A program made the position numbers and the translations under genes. Of a DNA stretch of 58,603 nucleotides, positions 24,537 through 33,467 are shown in pieces. A model generated the notes under the pieces. The model made no database searches and was not told the DNA's origin. It saw nothing but the letters and a program-made list of their open reading frames with translations. Source of the stretch: Euryarchaeota archaeon UBA170 (GTDB taxonomy: Archaea; Thermoplasmatota; Poseidoniia; Poseidoniales; Thalassarchaeaceae); the NCBI GenBank assembly GCA_002499345.1, contig DALF01000050.1, positions 14,923-73,525 on the forward strand, given 5' to 3'. Numbering within the stretch: position 1 is the stretch's first letter; every line of letters starts with the position of its first letter.

Positions 24537-26330
24537 TTACTGCATCGTTACGAATACCTCAGAGGCCAGCGGAGGCATTGTAACTCCAGCTTCTGAGAAT
24601 GCCTCTTCCACAGATACAAAGCTTCCTCGGTTCTTATTCGCTCTTCTGGCTCTATTGCTGATGATTTTCCAAGATGCCTTGTCGCCTATCCCCGGTAGTG
24701 CCTGAAGTTGGCTCTTGGTGGCGAAATTGATATCGAGATCACACTCAATTCCTGAGATACTCCTCATCCCATGTCCAGTAACTAAGATATTCGAGCCTGT
24801 TTCGAGAGGGATTGCATATGGGACCCCCACTAGTATGGGGTAGGCCCCTATCTGCCTTCCAAATGTAATTCCGGGCTCTCCATGTTTGGAAGAGTCTCTG
24901 TATTTTTCATCTGATACGTGCTCAGGGAGTCTTATTCTACCACCTCTAGACTCCCACCACAAGTCCTTCAATTTGGTCCCGATGGGAAATATCTCTTCGA
25001 GCATTGGGCGGTCGATTTCTTCTCTGACCGTGGTTTTGAATTTCCTGAATTCATTTTCAGGGATATCTTGAAATCCTTTTCCCTCGACTTGTCGGATATT
25101 TATTCTTCTCAGCCATAGTCTCTCCGATTTCAATTCGTTAAGAAGATCGAGATTCATTGCATACGTTCTCTCAGTCTCGCCGTTTAGTCCTGCTATAAAG
25201 TTCAGACCGGGAAGTAGTCTTGGAAGCCCTCTAGGCCCCCTTTCCCTTCCGTATTCATTTATGTGCCTAATGGCTGTCTTCAGCTGATTTGCGTCACAAT
25301 TTAGCCAATTTGTCTCATGTACCATCGGATCAGCTGATTCCAAGCCGAAAGAAAGTACTGCTCCATCAGATAGATTCTCTACCAGAGATTTAGTTATCTC
25401 CGTGGACGGCTCAATATTTTGTGCAACTATCGACGGATTGGCATTGTCCACATGCAGAATTTGTAGACCCTCATTGCTTCTTGCTCCTTGCAGTACCTTG
25501 GAGATTGGCTCTGGATCAGGAATGGGATATTCCAGTTCCTGAACCCCTTCCGCCCTGTAGGTATAGATATCCGTAGCTCCCCCTATTCTGACGTTGACGA
25601 CACCAGATTCTACTGCAGTATTGATTTCCTTGATAATATCATCTTCTTTTCTCCACAGAGGAAGGCCTTTCTTGGGCTCAATACAGAATTTACAACCTCT
25701 CTTGAATCGGACGCAACCCTGATACAGCTCCACCTCATAAGTAAGAGGACCATTGGACCCATCTGGAGATAATAAATCGGGGTGCCTCACTACCGCCTTT
25801 GATGAGGCCCCTCTAAGTGCCCATCTTGACCATTCATCCGGACTCCTTTTCTTATGGTTCATGTTTCCCGTAGAAAGGAAATGATTGAGGGTTGCGTCTA
25901 CATCCTTCAAGCTACAAAAAAGGTTTGTCCTAGGGGAGACCCATCCCGATTGCCTCCAGTGTCGAATTGCCCAACCGCCGCATATAACTGGGATTCTATT
26001 TGGAATAGAGGATAGGAACGAGTCCGTCTCTCGTATACTGATTGGAGTCCCCCTGATGTACTTCCCTGGAACCACTGCTCCAGCTAGAAGGATCGCACCG
26101 TCCAGTTCACTCATTCGCTCCCTTACAGATTTGCGCCCACCATAGGTCGAGAGTTCTGATTTGAATGACCTTCTCCATTGATCGACGGTCATGTAGGTGT
26201 ATTGTATTCCCCTCTCCTCTAGAACACCGCAGATGTATCTGATGTGGAATCCAACATAATTTGGAACACCAAAAGCCGCGGGTTCATCCTCATACCCATC
26301 AAGGACGAGCCATCCCTCGAGCTTTTCCAT
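24537..26330 (-). CDS. radical SAM-like protein with C-terminal helix-hairpin-helix
   Basis: Cys cluster ELYQGCVRFKRGCKFCIEP (C-x6-C-x2-C, nt 25683-25715). TIM-barrel-like middle region. C-terminal LQALPGIGDKASWKII is an HhH motif. Confidence 0.55.
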   Translation of the reverse strand: MEKLEGWLVLDGYEDEPAAFGVPNYVGFHIRYICGVLEERGIQYTYMTVDQWRRSFKSELSTYGGRKSVRERMSELDGAILLAGAVVPGKYIRGTPISIRETDSFLSSIPNRIPVICGGWAIRHWRQSGWVSPRTNLFCSLKDVDATLNHFLSTGNMNHKKRSPDEWSRWALRGASSKAVVRHPDLLSPDGSNGPLTYEVELYQGCVRFKRGCKFCIEPKKGLPLWRKEDDIIKEINTAVESGVVNVRIGGATDIYTYRAEGVQELEYPIPDPEPISKVLQGARSNEGLQILHVDNANPSIVAQNIEPSTEITKSLVENLSDGAVLSFGLESADPMVHETNWLNCDANQLKTAIRHINEYGRERGPRGLPRLLPGLNFIAGLNGETERTYAMNLDLLNELKSERLWLRRINIRQVEGKGFQDIPENEFRKFKTTVREEIDRPMLEEIFPIGTKLKDLWWESRGGRIRLPEHVSDEKYRDSSKHGEPGITFGRQIGAYPILVGVPYAIPLETGSNILVTGHGMRSISGIECDLDINFATKSQLQALPGIGDKASWKIISNRARRANKNRGSFVSVEEAFSEAGVTMPPLASEVFVTMQ

Positions 26331-26356
26331 GAGCTAGCGGCCCGGGTAGTCAGCCT

Positions 26357-27634
26357 TCACCGCTTCGACTGTTTCCTTCGTCCGCCTCTATCTCTACTAG
26401 AGCCACTAGGGGATGACTCCTCGACTACTATCTTCCGACCTTTAATTTCTGAACCATTCATGGCCTTGATAGCTGCCTTTGCATCATCTTTAGAGGGGAA
26501 AGTGACAAATGCGAATCCCTTAGACTTTCCAGAGTCTCTATCCTTGGCGATGTGTATGGAGTCGATTTTTCCATGCTCCGAGAATGCTTTGGATAGTTCT
26601 TCCTCCGATATTTCGTATGGGAGCCTACCAACAAATAGCTTGGATCCCATTTTCTCCTCGAGCTTCCCCCTCATGGCAGATATTGTCTCCCTCTCTTTGG
26701 ATAGCTCTTCTTTAGTGGCATTTCCACCCTTGACCTTGTCCATACAGTCTCTACATCTTATTGGCTTGCCGGGAGTTGGTTTGAATGGCACCTTTGTTTT
26801 AACCCCGCACATCGTACAAACTGCTTCGTGCATGTCCCTTCTAGGCCTACTCTGGCCCCCTCTTCCACCACCGCGGCTAGAAGACCTCATGGATGCCACC
26901 CTAGGCGGGATATCGTGATTTGCACCTCTTCGGAAGTCAGCTAGAGGAGAAAGGTATGGCCGGGCTCCATCATGACCTAGTTTCGCTTCTGCCTCGGGAG
27001 ACCATCTTTCTCCGGATCTGTTCAGTTTGTGTAGACCGAAGCCAGTTTCGTGGCCATGGCCAAAACCATCTGAGAGAACTCGATAGGCTGTATAGTCACA
27101 TCTTGAGCATTCTACATTGAAATCGATTTTCTTATCCGATACGTCCAGCATTACTCCACAGGCGGGGCAAGATGCAGATAATACTCCTAAGGATATGTCG
27201 CCCTTTGTTGAGGCTTTAAGGATAGGATCATCCTTGACTATTCTAGCTCTGACAATATCTCGCATCCTCATAGCATCACCAGGGGACGGAATGAATCTGT
27301 CAACGACTTCAGAGACATGTATATCAGCAAATAATTGAAGGGCCGGGAGGCTCCTGTGCCCTCCTTGCTTGCTCTCGACGTGTAGGATTCTAATCTCGGC
27401 GACGTTCTCGTTCAGTCTCGTTACCTGTCCGATCACTACATCATCAACAGAAGGAGAGTTTATGGGTGGCCTAGATGACTCTACGGAGATATTTCCATCC
27501 TTCTCTACAAGAGTTCCGGGGAGCGTGGCTATGCATCTTCCGTTCTTCTCAAAAATACCTTCTCCAACAGAGGATTCTGATGGAATAGTTACTGTGGAAC
27601 CGGGTGTAACTTGATCACCAACTACGGCAGACAT
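26357..27634 (-). CDS. csl4: exosome cap subunit Csl4 fused to RGG box, CxxC-x17-CxxC zinc knuckle and RRM domain
   Basis: The Csl4-like N-domain, S1 domain and Zn ribbon are supported by VIGQVTRLNENVAEIRILHVE ... CPACG ... CSRCDY. These are followed by SRGGGRGGQSRPRR, then CTMCGVKTKVPFKPTPGKPIRCRDC. A canonical RRM follows (RNP2 LFVGRL, RNP1 KGFAFVTF). The ORF-track start 27664 is TTG; ATG at 27634. Confidence 0.8.
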   Translation of the reverse strand: MSAVVGDQVTPGSTVTIPSESSVGEGIFEKNGRCIATLPGTLVEKDGNISVESSRPPINSPSVDDVVIGQVTRLNENVAEIRILHVESKQGGHRSLPALQLFADIHVSEVVDRFIPSPGDAMRMRDIVRARIVKDDPILKASTKGDISLGVLSASCPACGVMLDVSDKKIDFNVECSRCDYTAYRVLSDGFGHGHETGFGLHKLNRSGERWSPEAEAKLGHDGARPYLSPLADFRRGANHDIPPRVASMRSSSRGGGRGGQSRPRRDMHEAVCTMCGVKTKVPFKPTPGKPIRCRDCMDKVKGGNATKEELSKERETISAMRGKLEEKMGSKLFVGRLPYEISEEELSKAFSEHGKIDSIHIAKDRDSGKSKGFAFVTFPSKDDAKAAIKAMNGSEIKGRKIVVEESSPSGSSRDRGGRRKQSKR

Positions 27635-27677
27635 TGACCGGGCGACCAGCCGTTCCCCTATCAACGGTACGGAGGAA

Positions 27678-28292
27678 CTAGGGGGGAACTAGTCTCCAGA
27701 ATCCTGCCCTGGTGACTCCTCTGGTCATCTTATGATGAGAATATGAAGCAGGAAGCGGAAAGTCTGCTTCGCCATACATCTCCACGTCCCAATTCATATC
27801 TTCGAATCTTTTTTCTAGATGTTTGGCGTTGGCACTGTGCATTATGTGAGTGATGGTTTTTGAGGCTAAAATGTGTTCAATAAATTCAGAATCAGCTCCC
27901 TCTTTCTGCCTGCCCCAAGGGGGGTTGGAAATGATTAGGTCGTATCCTTCTAGATGGAAATTGTCCTTCCCTATTCGCTTATTGGAGACTTCATATTTGC
28001 CGCTCATTAGCATGCCTTCTGCATTGGCATTAGCCAGATCGCATAATTTTTGATCCGCCTCTACTAATTTTACAAAACTGGCCCCCATCATAACGGCACC
28101 AATTCCTAATATTCCGTTTCCAGCTCCCAAATCGGCGACTCTGCATCCGGGGGATAAATCTCCGAAGGCCTGGATATCAAAAAGCCATCTCGATGCTAAA
28201 TCCCCCGGTGTGACATACTGCTCCATGGATGCATCTAAGTCTTCTTTTACACCTAGTTTGGACAAGGACATCGCGAGTTTTCGTAGCCTCAT
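27678..28292 (-). CDS. SAM-dependent methyltransferase with NPPW motif (COG2263 / METTL5-like putative RNA methylase)
   Basis: VADLGAGNGILGIGAVMMGA (motif I), DLIISNPPWG (motif IV), N-terminal LEQY-like MEQYVTP. The ORF-track start 28313 is TTG; ATG at 28292. Confidence 0.7.
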   Translation of the reverse strand: MRLRKLAMSLSKLGVKEDLDASMEQYVTPGDLASRWLFDIQAFGDLSPGCRVADLGAGNGILGIGAVMMGASFVKLVEADQKLCDLANANAEGMLMSGKYEVSNKRIGKDNFHLEGYDLIISNPPWGRQKEGADSEFIEHILASKTITHIMHSANAKHLEKRFEDMNWDVEMYGEADFPLPASYSHHKMTRGVTRAGFWRLVPP

Positions 28293-28323
28293 CAAATGAG
28301 GGAGAGCCCTCAAATAGTTATGC

Positions 28324-29457
28324 CTACCGGATACGTTGGTTGGATTTTAGAATATTTCTTGAATCGTGAATAATGCCTTGAGCAAGCAACATTTCTGCGA
28401 GAAGTATACTATTTCCTGCGGCTCCTCTAACAGTATTATCTGAAGCTACCTTGTAGCACAATTTACTTCCTAAAATTCTGATATCTCCAACGAGAACATC
28501 CATTGATTTCTGTAGGTTATTATCTAATTTAGTAGATTTTTCATAGTTCGGTAAAGAGGCTGAAGGACCTGTTTCTGAGACAAATATTAGTGGTTTTTTA
28601 GTACCCGAAGGCAAATCTAGTTGCTGAACCAATGACTGGAAATTAGACCACGCCTCGATTACCTCGTGTGCACTAACATCTTTCCCGAGGTCTACTGTAA
28701 CAGTGGCAGAGTGTCCGAACTCCCGGGGAAATCTCCTACATTGGGCATTAATTTTAATGTCGGTAATACGAGATTCCGAGGAATCATTCTCACCGAGAAT
28801 CCTCCTTAGTTCAGATTCAATACTCTGGGATTCGCCGATAATCTCTGGCTTAGATGTAACTCCCTCCCTGTATCTTTCCAGTGCCTCCCTCCCGGCCCCA
28901 GAAATAGATTGCTCTGTGGATATATCGATACTATTTACAGGAAATTTCCTTACAATTGGTGCCAAAGAAATAGCAAGAGGAACTACCATACAATTGGAGC
29001 ATGCAACTAGGGCACCTGGCCCATATCCATCTTGTATTTCCAGTAAGTCGAGATGCCCAGGATTAACTTCCGGAACAATCAGAGGTACCATTTCTGAATG
29101 TCTATGAATCGTCGAATGACTCAACACTACCAGTCCAGATCTCGCCAAATCCTCCTCGATCATAGATGCCGGTGAGTCAGGAAGAGCCGAGAATACAATT
29201 CTGACCCCTTGCGCGAGAAGTTCTGAGGCTAATTCATTGCTTTCGCCCATCACTCTAACAGTGATATCCGGGAAATCCGGCCTTGGTTCGTTAAAGCTCC
29301 ATGGGAGTTCATTCACAGAAATTCCATCTGATTCCTTTGATCCAAACACGTGTGTTGGGATTAACCAGTGATGATTTACTAGTCTCTGAAGAAGTCTTTG
29401 AGCTACAAGTCCCCTTGCTCCCAGAACAGCACAGTTTACTCTACCTATAGCCCCCAT
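28324..29457 (-). CDS. asd: aspartate-semialdehyde dehydrogenase family protein
   Basis: N-terminal Rossmann segment AVLGARGLVAQRLLQRL. Active-site Cys region ALVACSNCMVVPLAISLAP. SISGAG. C-terminal DNTVRGAAGNSILLAEML. Confidence 0.6.
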   Translation of the reverse strand: MGAIGRVNCAVLGARGLVAQRLLQRLVNHHWLIPTHVFGSKESDGISVNELPWSFNEPRPDFPDITVRVMGESNELASELLAQGVRIVFSALPDSPASMIEEDLARSGLVVLSHSTIHRHSEMVPLIVPEVNPGHLDLLEIQDGYGPGALVACSNCMVVPLAISLAPIVRKFPVNSIDISTEQSISGAGREALERYREGVTSKPEIIGESQSIESELRRILGENDSSESRITDIKINAQCRRFPREFGHSATVTVDLGKDVSAHEVIEAWSNFQSLVQQLDLPSGTKKPLIFVSETGPSASLPNYEKSTKLDNNLQKSMDVLVGDIRILGSKLCYKVASDNTVRGAAGNSILLAEMLLAQGIIHDSRNILKSNQRIR

Positions 29458-29543
29458 ATTGCCTTCTGATCGTATCTGGTCTATGAAGAAGTGTTTTGAA
29501 CGTGGTGAATAGTTAAAGTACTCCCGCTATTACTTTTATTTTC

Positions 29544-30536
29544 ATGGAGACGGAGATGGCAATGGTATTGGCTGGAATTGTCATCATAATCATCCTGATG
29601 TTCGCGAACATGATGATGCTTAGAGAACAGAAGGATCCGCCCACTGCTACAGATATTGGGCAAGCATTAACATTTCCATCTACTACAGATATCGTTACAG
29701 CCCTGAACATTCCTAGTACACGGGATATGCAGAATGCCCTAGGTGCTAGTTTTACTGGAGAAGGTGGTTTTTCTGAAAGGATAGGTGCCTTCACTGACTT
29801 ATCCAAAGACATGACTGAAGCTACGAGGAAGTTTAACCAGATGGTAGCGACCAAGAGTAAGCGAGCGAAATGGGGCGAATGGCATCTTGAGGAAGAGCTC
29901 AAAGAAGCATTTCCAGATGTGAAAATCCGCGTCGCCGTAAAGGGATTAGGGAATATCCCCGATGCGCATTTGAAGACTCCCGATGGAAAAATTTTGATTG
30001 TAGATTCGAAGTTCGTATATGACACCTACGATAAAATTCAGAATACTCCTGCGTCTCAAGAAGTAACGAAGAAGAATCTCCAAACTACATTCAGAGGGGA
30101 CGTCAAAAATCATGTAGAGAAAATAAAGATGGATTATGTTCAACCTGGCAAGGGCACGCAGGAAGTAGCTTACATGTATATTCCATCGATGGCAGTTTAT
30201 GAATATCTAATTGAGCATGAATCGGCCATGGTACGCTGGGCCGCTTCACAGGGAGTCGTTATTTGCTCCCCCGTGAATCTGATGGCTAACATGCACATGA
30301 TGGAGATAGTCAGGATGGCCCAGAATATGACGAGTTTGCATACTGAGATTCTTGATGCTCATCTAAGGATAAAGAAGAGTTTTGAGGATTTTGACGAAGA
30401 ATACAATAAACTCAGCGAACATCTCAGAAAAGCAGTCAACAAAAGGGATGAGGTCACTTCACTTAAGAGTAAGTTGAGTGATGAGATTGAGGGCCTCTCA
30501 TCTATTGATAGGTCGATTGAAGAAGATAGTGATTGA
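29544..30536 (+). CDS. rmuC: RmuC-family DNA recombination/nuclease-like protein with N-terminal TM anchor
   Basis: TM AMVLAGIVIIIILMFANMMM. PDAHLKTPDGKILIVDSKF, YMYIPSMAVYEY and VVICSPVNLMANMHMM parallel the RmuC core. Confidence 0.65.
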   Translation: METEMAMVLAGIVIIIILMFANMMMLREQKDPPTATDIGQALTFPSTTDIVTALNIPSTRDMQNALGASFTGEGGFSERIGAFTDLSKDMTEATRKFNQMVATKSKRAKWGEWHLEEELKEAFPDVKIRVAVKGLGNIPDAHLKTPDGKILIVDSKFVYDTYDKIQNTPASQEVTKKNLQTTFRGDVKNHVEKIKMDYVQPGKGTQEVAYMYIPSMAVYEYLIEHESAMVRWAASQGVVICSPVNLMANMHMMEIVRMAQNMTSLHTEILDAHLRIKKSFEDFDEEYNKLSEHLRKAVNKRDEVTSLKSKLSDEIEGLSSIDRSIEEDSD

Positions 30537-30581
30537 GGCAGAAACAGTAGTGATAAAATCATCGTACCTCTTGGACAAGAT

Positions 30582-31163
30582 ATGATTGACTGGCGGACGG
30601 AGGATTACCACCCAGTAGTTCAGCTCCCAGATGAGTACGAGGTTAGGGATTTCACTACTGGGGATTACTCTCCTTCCAAATATGAATTTGATATCGGGAG
30701 ATATGATGAATTACGTCCAGGGATGTACTCAACGGACCTTTTCTCTGATGGCAGATTTCTGCATGTAGGGATCGATATAGGGGCCCCGGTTGGAACTCCT
30801 TGTATGGCATTTGATGACGGCGAGATTTCTCATTTTGGCTACAATCCAGATGATGGCGATTATGGGCATGTGGTAATCACGAAGCATATTATAGATGGGA
30901 TATCAGTATGGGCTCTATATGGCCATCTAAACTCTAAATCAATAGAAAATAAGGAAACCGGGCAGAAGATTTCCAAGGGAGAGGTGATATGTTGGATGGG
31001 AGATAAGCATGAGAACGGAGGATGGGAGTCGCACCTCCACTTCCAGCTGTCCTTGAAGGAGCCAGAAACACATGATATGCCAGGGGTAGTCTCCCCCAAT
31101 AATCGAGAACAGGCACTGGAGGACTACCCTGACCCAAGATTAGTATTAGGCGCGATCTACTGA
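30582..31163 (+). CDS. M23-family (LytM-like) metallopeptidase domain protein, no signal peptide
   Basis: HVGIDIGAPVGTPCMAFDDGEI, GHVVITKH, ALYGHL, GEVICWMGD and ESHLHFQL give the H.G.D ... H.H zinc pattern. The N-terminus is hydrophilic. Confidence 0.7.
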   Translation: MIDWRTEDYHPVVQLPDEYEVRDFTTGDYSPSKYEFDIGRYDELRPGMYSTDLFSDGRFLHVGIDIGAPVGTPCMAFDDGEISHFGYNPDDGDYGHVVITKHIIDGISVWALYGHLNSKSIENKETGQKISKGEVICWMGDKHENGGWESHLHFQLSLKEPETHDMPGVVSPNNREQALEDYPDPRLVLGAIY

Positions 31164-32200
31164 ATATCAGAGAGGTATTCCTTTAGTTGAGGAATTGGCT
31201 CCATGGATGTAGGATTTACCCCTCTTAGGAGGGCTAGTGCTATGGAAGTCCAATCAGAAAGGTGAGCGGCATAAATTAATCGCTCAAGGAGAGATTCGCC
31301 TTCGCATTCTATTCTCCAGACATTCTTGGTACTCAAATTCTGCTCGATCCAGCTAATCCTTGATTCGTTCCTCTCATGAATGCCCTCAGAACTCATAATC
31401 AGGAGCGCCCTGCTTCCGGGGGACTCTGAGAACCATGCCACTATCTCGTTATGGTTCATCTCAGGTACCTCGGAGTGCTTGGCGAATGCTTCAGAGTTCT
31501 CATTAATCTGACAAGTGAATCTGTATGCAGCGGCGTTAAATTCCCTGGGGCAAATTATACCAATCTCAGAATCTACGAGATTTCTAGCCAGAGCCTCTGA
31601 CATTCCATCTCCTGAGATAATGTCAAGCTTCCTCGAAGAATCTCGAATTCTATTGATCATCGATTGAAGTTCTTGCTCCTCGGGACGAGCTAGAATTCCC
31701 ATTGACCAGCAGACTGCTAGTTGGGCCCCTAGTATGTGGCCAAATGCAGACCTAGGCATTTGCCCCTTGGGAATAGTAATCGACACAGATTCATCATGAT
31801 CTTCCAAGATTCTGGTCAGTTCTCCTCCAGAGGATATTCCTACCACTGTTCCCCCAGAATCTATGGCCTTCATTACACCATCAATGGTCTCCTCCGTATT
31901 TCCAGAGTATGAAGTAGCAACAACCAGCCAGTCCGGCCCCCACCACTGAGGGAGTCCGTAGTCCCCCCAGACCACGAATGGTAGACCGCCCTCTTCATCT
32001 GAAATGGTTTTGAGAAACCTGCCAGCTGAACCTGAGCCGCCCATTCCAAGGAATATCACTCCTGTCCAGTCTAAGTCTGATCCCAATCCTGTCTCCGAAG
32101 AAATAGCATTCTCTAAATCATCCACGAAACTCCTAGTAAGTCCACACATATCTTCAGTATCTAGGGACTCAGCTAACTCTTCTATTCTTTGGCCGGGCAT
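31157..32200 (-). CDS. bifunctional phosphoglucose/phosphomannose isomerase family (SIS domain)
   Basis: GMGGSGSAGRFL, VVATSYSGNTEET, size about 345 aa. Convergent 7-nt overlap with the M23 gene. Confidence 0.6.
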   Translation of the reverse strand: MPGQRIEELAESLDTEDMCGLTRSFVDDLENAISSETGLGSDLDWTGVIFLGMGGSGSAGRFLKTISDEEGGLPFVVWGDYGLPQWWGPDWLVVATSYSGNTEETIDGVMKAIDSGGTVVGISSGGELTRILEDHDESVSITIPKGQMPRSAFGHILGAQLAVCWSMGILARPEEQELQSMINRIRDSSRKLDIISGDGMSEALARNLVDSEIGIICPREFNAAAYRFTCQINENSEAFAKHSEVPEMNHNEIVAWFSESPGSRALLIMSSEGIHERNESRISWIEQNLSTKNVWRIECEGESLLERLIYAAHLSDWTSIALALLRGVNPTSMEPIPQLKEYLSDIQ

Positions 32201-32204
32201 TGAC

Positions 32205-33251
32205 TTACTTCCTCCCTGAGGGCACTGCTAGCCATACCCCTTGTATGAAACCAATGCGTATTGACTTCGATTCGAGGTCATCATCGTATGGTAACGCTAC
32301 AGTGACTACCTTGTAGTCTGTAGGGTCAAGGATCTCCACTGCCGAACTATCCCTGTTCAATATGTCAACAACGAACTGTTCGGTCTTGGGGCAGATTACT
32401 ACAGAACCTTCCATATCCCTCCAGGTAGCGCCCGATCTCTCGAATCTGTCCATTTTCTTTAGAATCGGCCCGTCCTTCTGCCAACTTTCGACTATCCAAA
32501 GATTCTTTCTGAATCTAATGACATCTCCGAGGCCATATGCAGGTTTTCTGTAGCTTAGTGTCAGCCTTGAGACCTCGATTCCGTCGTTGGCACCAACTAC
32601 CGTGGAGGTTTCTTTGACGGTACCTCCGAACTTCTTGACTAAATTTCTGGACCATCTCCTTGCCATGGCCTTGGACCCTAATTTCAGATCCCATCCACCG
32701 GTGACCTGTCCCTCCTCTGAGATGAAGAACATAGGGTCCGCCTCCATCTCAGACAACATCTCATCAAGAGTCTCTCGTAATGACTTGAGCTCTGTTTCGG
32801 ACAGTCTCCTGCCAGCAGATCTAAGTTGCATTACCGCCTCAAAATATGAGCCTGCCTTGCGTGTGCATGTTGGACAGACTGCATTACTGGTCTGTAGAAG
32901 TACCTCATGAGAATCTGAGAATTCATATCCTTCAATAATACCAGAGATATCCACATGTAATCTACTGGTTCTATCGTCTATTTCCTCGACTGCGAAATCT
33001 ACTGAAACTTGCTTTGCCCTGTCCTCGACACCGAGGCTCCCCCTAATCCTCAAGTCTGCTAAATCATTAGAGTCGATTACTGACCATCGTCCACGAATTT
33101 CATGAAAACCACATTTGGAGCATCTATCTTGTTGGATTCTCTCAGGCATGACAGATAGCCTAGTCCTATCTCTCAAGCAAGATTCGCACATTCTATCTGT
33201 GGTCAAGGGCGGCGATGCGCCACAGACTATGCAGAATTCGCCGTCAGACAT
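32205..33251 (-). CDS. nmd3: NMD3-family ribosomal large-subunit export/biogenesis factor homologue
   Basis: FCIVCG ... CESC ... CSKCG ... CPTCTRKAGSYFEAVMQLR is the NMD3 N-terminal Cys pattern. The maximal ORF starts with TTG at 33299; ATGs at 33275 and 33251. Confidence 0.7.
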   Translation of the reverse strand: MSDGEFCIVCGASPPLTTDRMCESCLRDRTRLSVMPERIQQDRCSKCGFHEIRGRWSVIDSNDLADLRIRGSLGVEDRAKQVSVDFAVEEIDDRTSRLHVDISGIIEGYEFSDSHEVLLQTSNAVCPTCTRKAGSYFEAVMQLRSAGRRLSETELKSLRETLDEMLSEMEADPMFFISEEGQVTGGWDLKLGSKAMARRWSRNLVKKFGGTVKETSTVVGANDGIEVSRLTLSYRKPAYGLGDVIRFRKNLWIVESWQKDGPILKKMDRFERSGATWRDMEGSVVICPKTEQFVVDILNRDSSAVEILDPTDYKVVTVALPYDDDLESKSIRIGFIQGVWLAVPSGRK

Positions 33252-33323
33252 GCCTCTCCCATCAAATGCGCCCATACTCCCAGTTAGAAGGGTTCCCAAT
33301 GACTGAATGCTTGTAATTAGTTT

Positions 33324-33467
33324 TCATTCTTCGGAATCGGAGGAAAAAATCTTCAGTTGGATACTTAATTCCGCTATTCTTGACCGTAAGTGGTTTACGT
33401 AGTATGCGAGTATGAAAGATAGTATTGTGTAGGCGACTATCATTTCAGAGGTTCCTGTCAAATTCAT
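33324..33467 (-). CDS. ccmD: small single-TM protein, CcmD-like (heme exporter protein D candidate)
   Basis: Not in the ORF track (47 aa). Hand translation: MNLTGTSEMIVAYTILSFILAYYVNHLRSRIAELSIQLKIFSSDSEE. Its ATG overlaps the ccmC stop (ATGA at 33464-33467). One TM followed by a basic segment, in the position expected for ccmD. Confidence 0.45.
   Translation of the reverse strand: MNLTGTSEMIVAYTILSFILAYYVNHLRSRIAELSIQLKIFSSDSEE

Noticed and set aside
26244-26918. 224-aa plus-strand ORF spanning the radical-SAM start and the Csl4-RRM 3-prime end
   Set aside because: It overlaps two well-supported minus-strand genes and has no motifs.
29513-30025. 170-aa minus-strand ORF
   Set aside because: Antisense to the rmuC-like gene.
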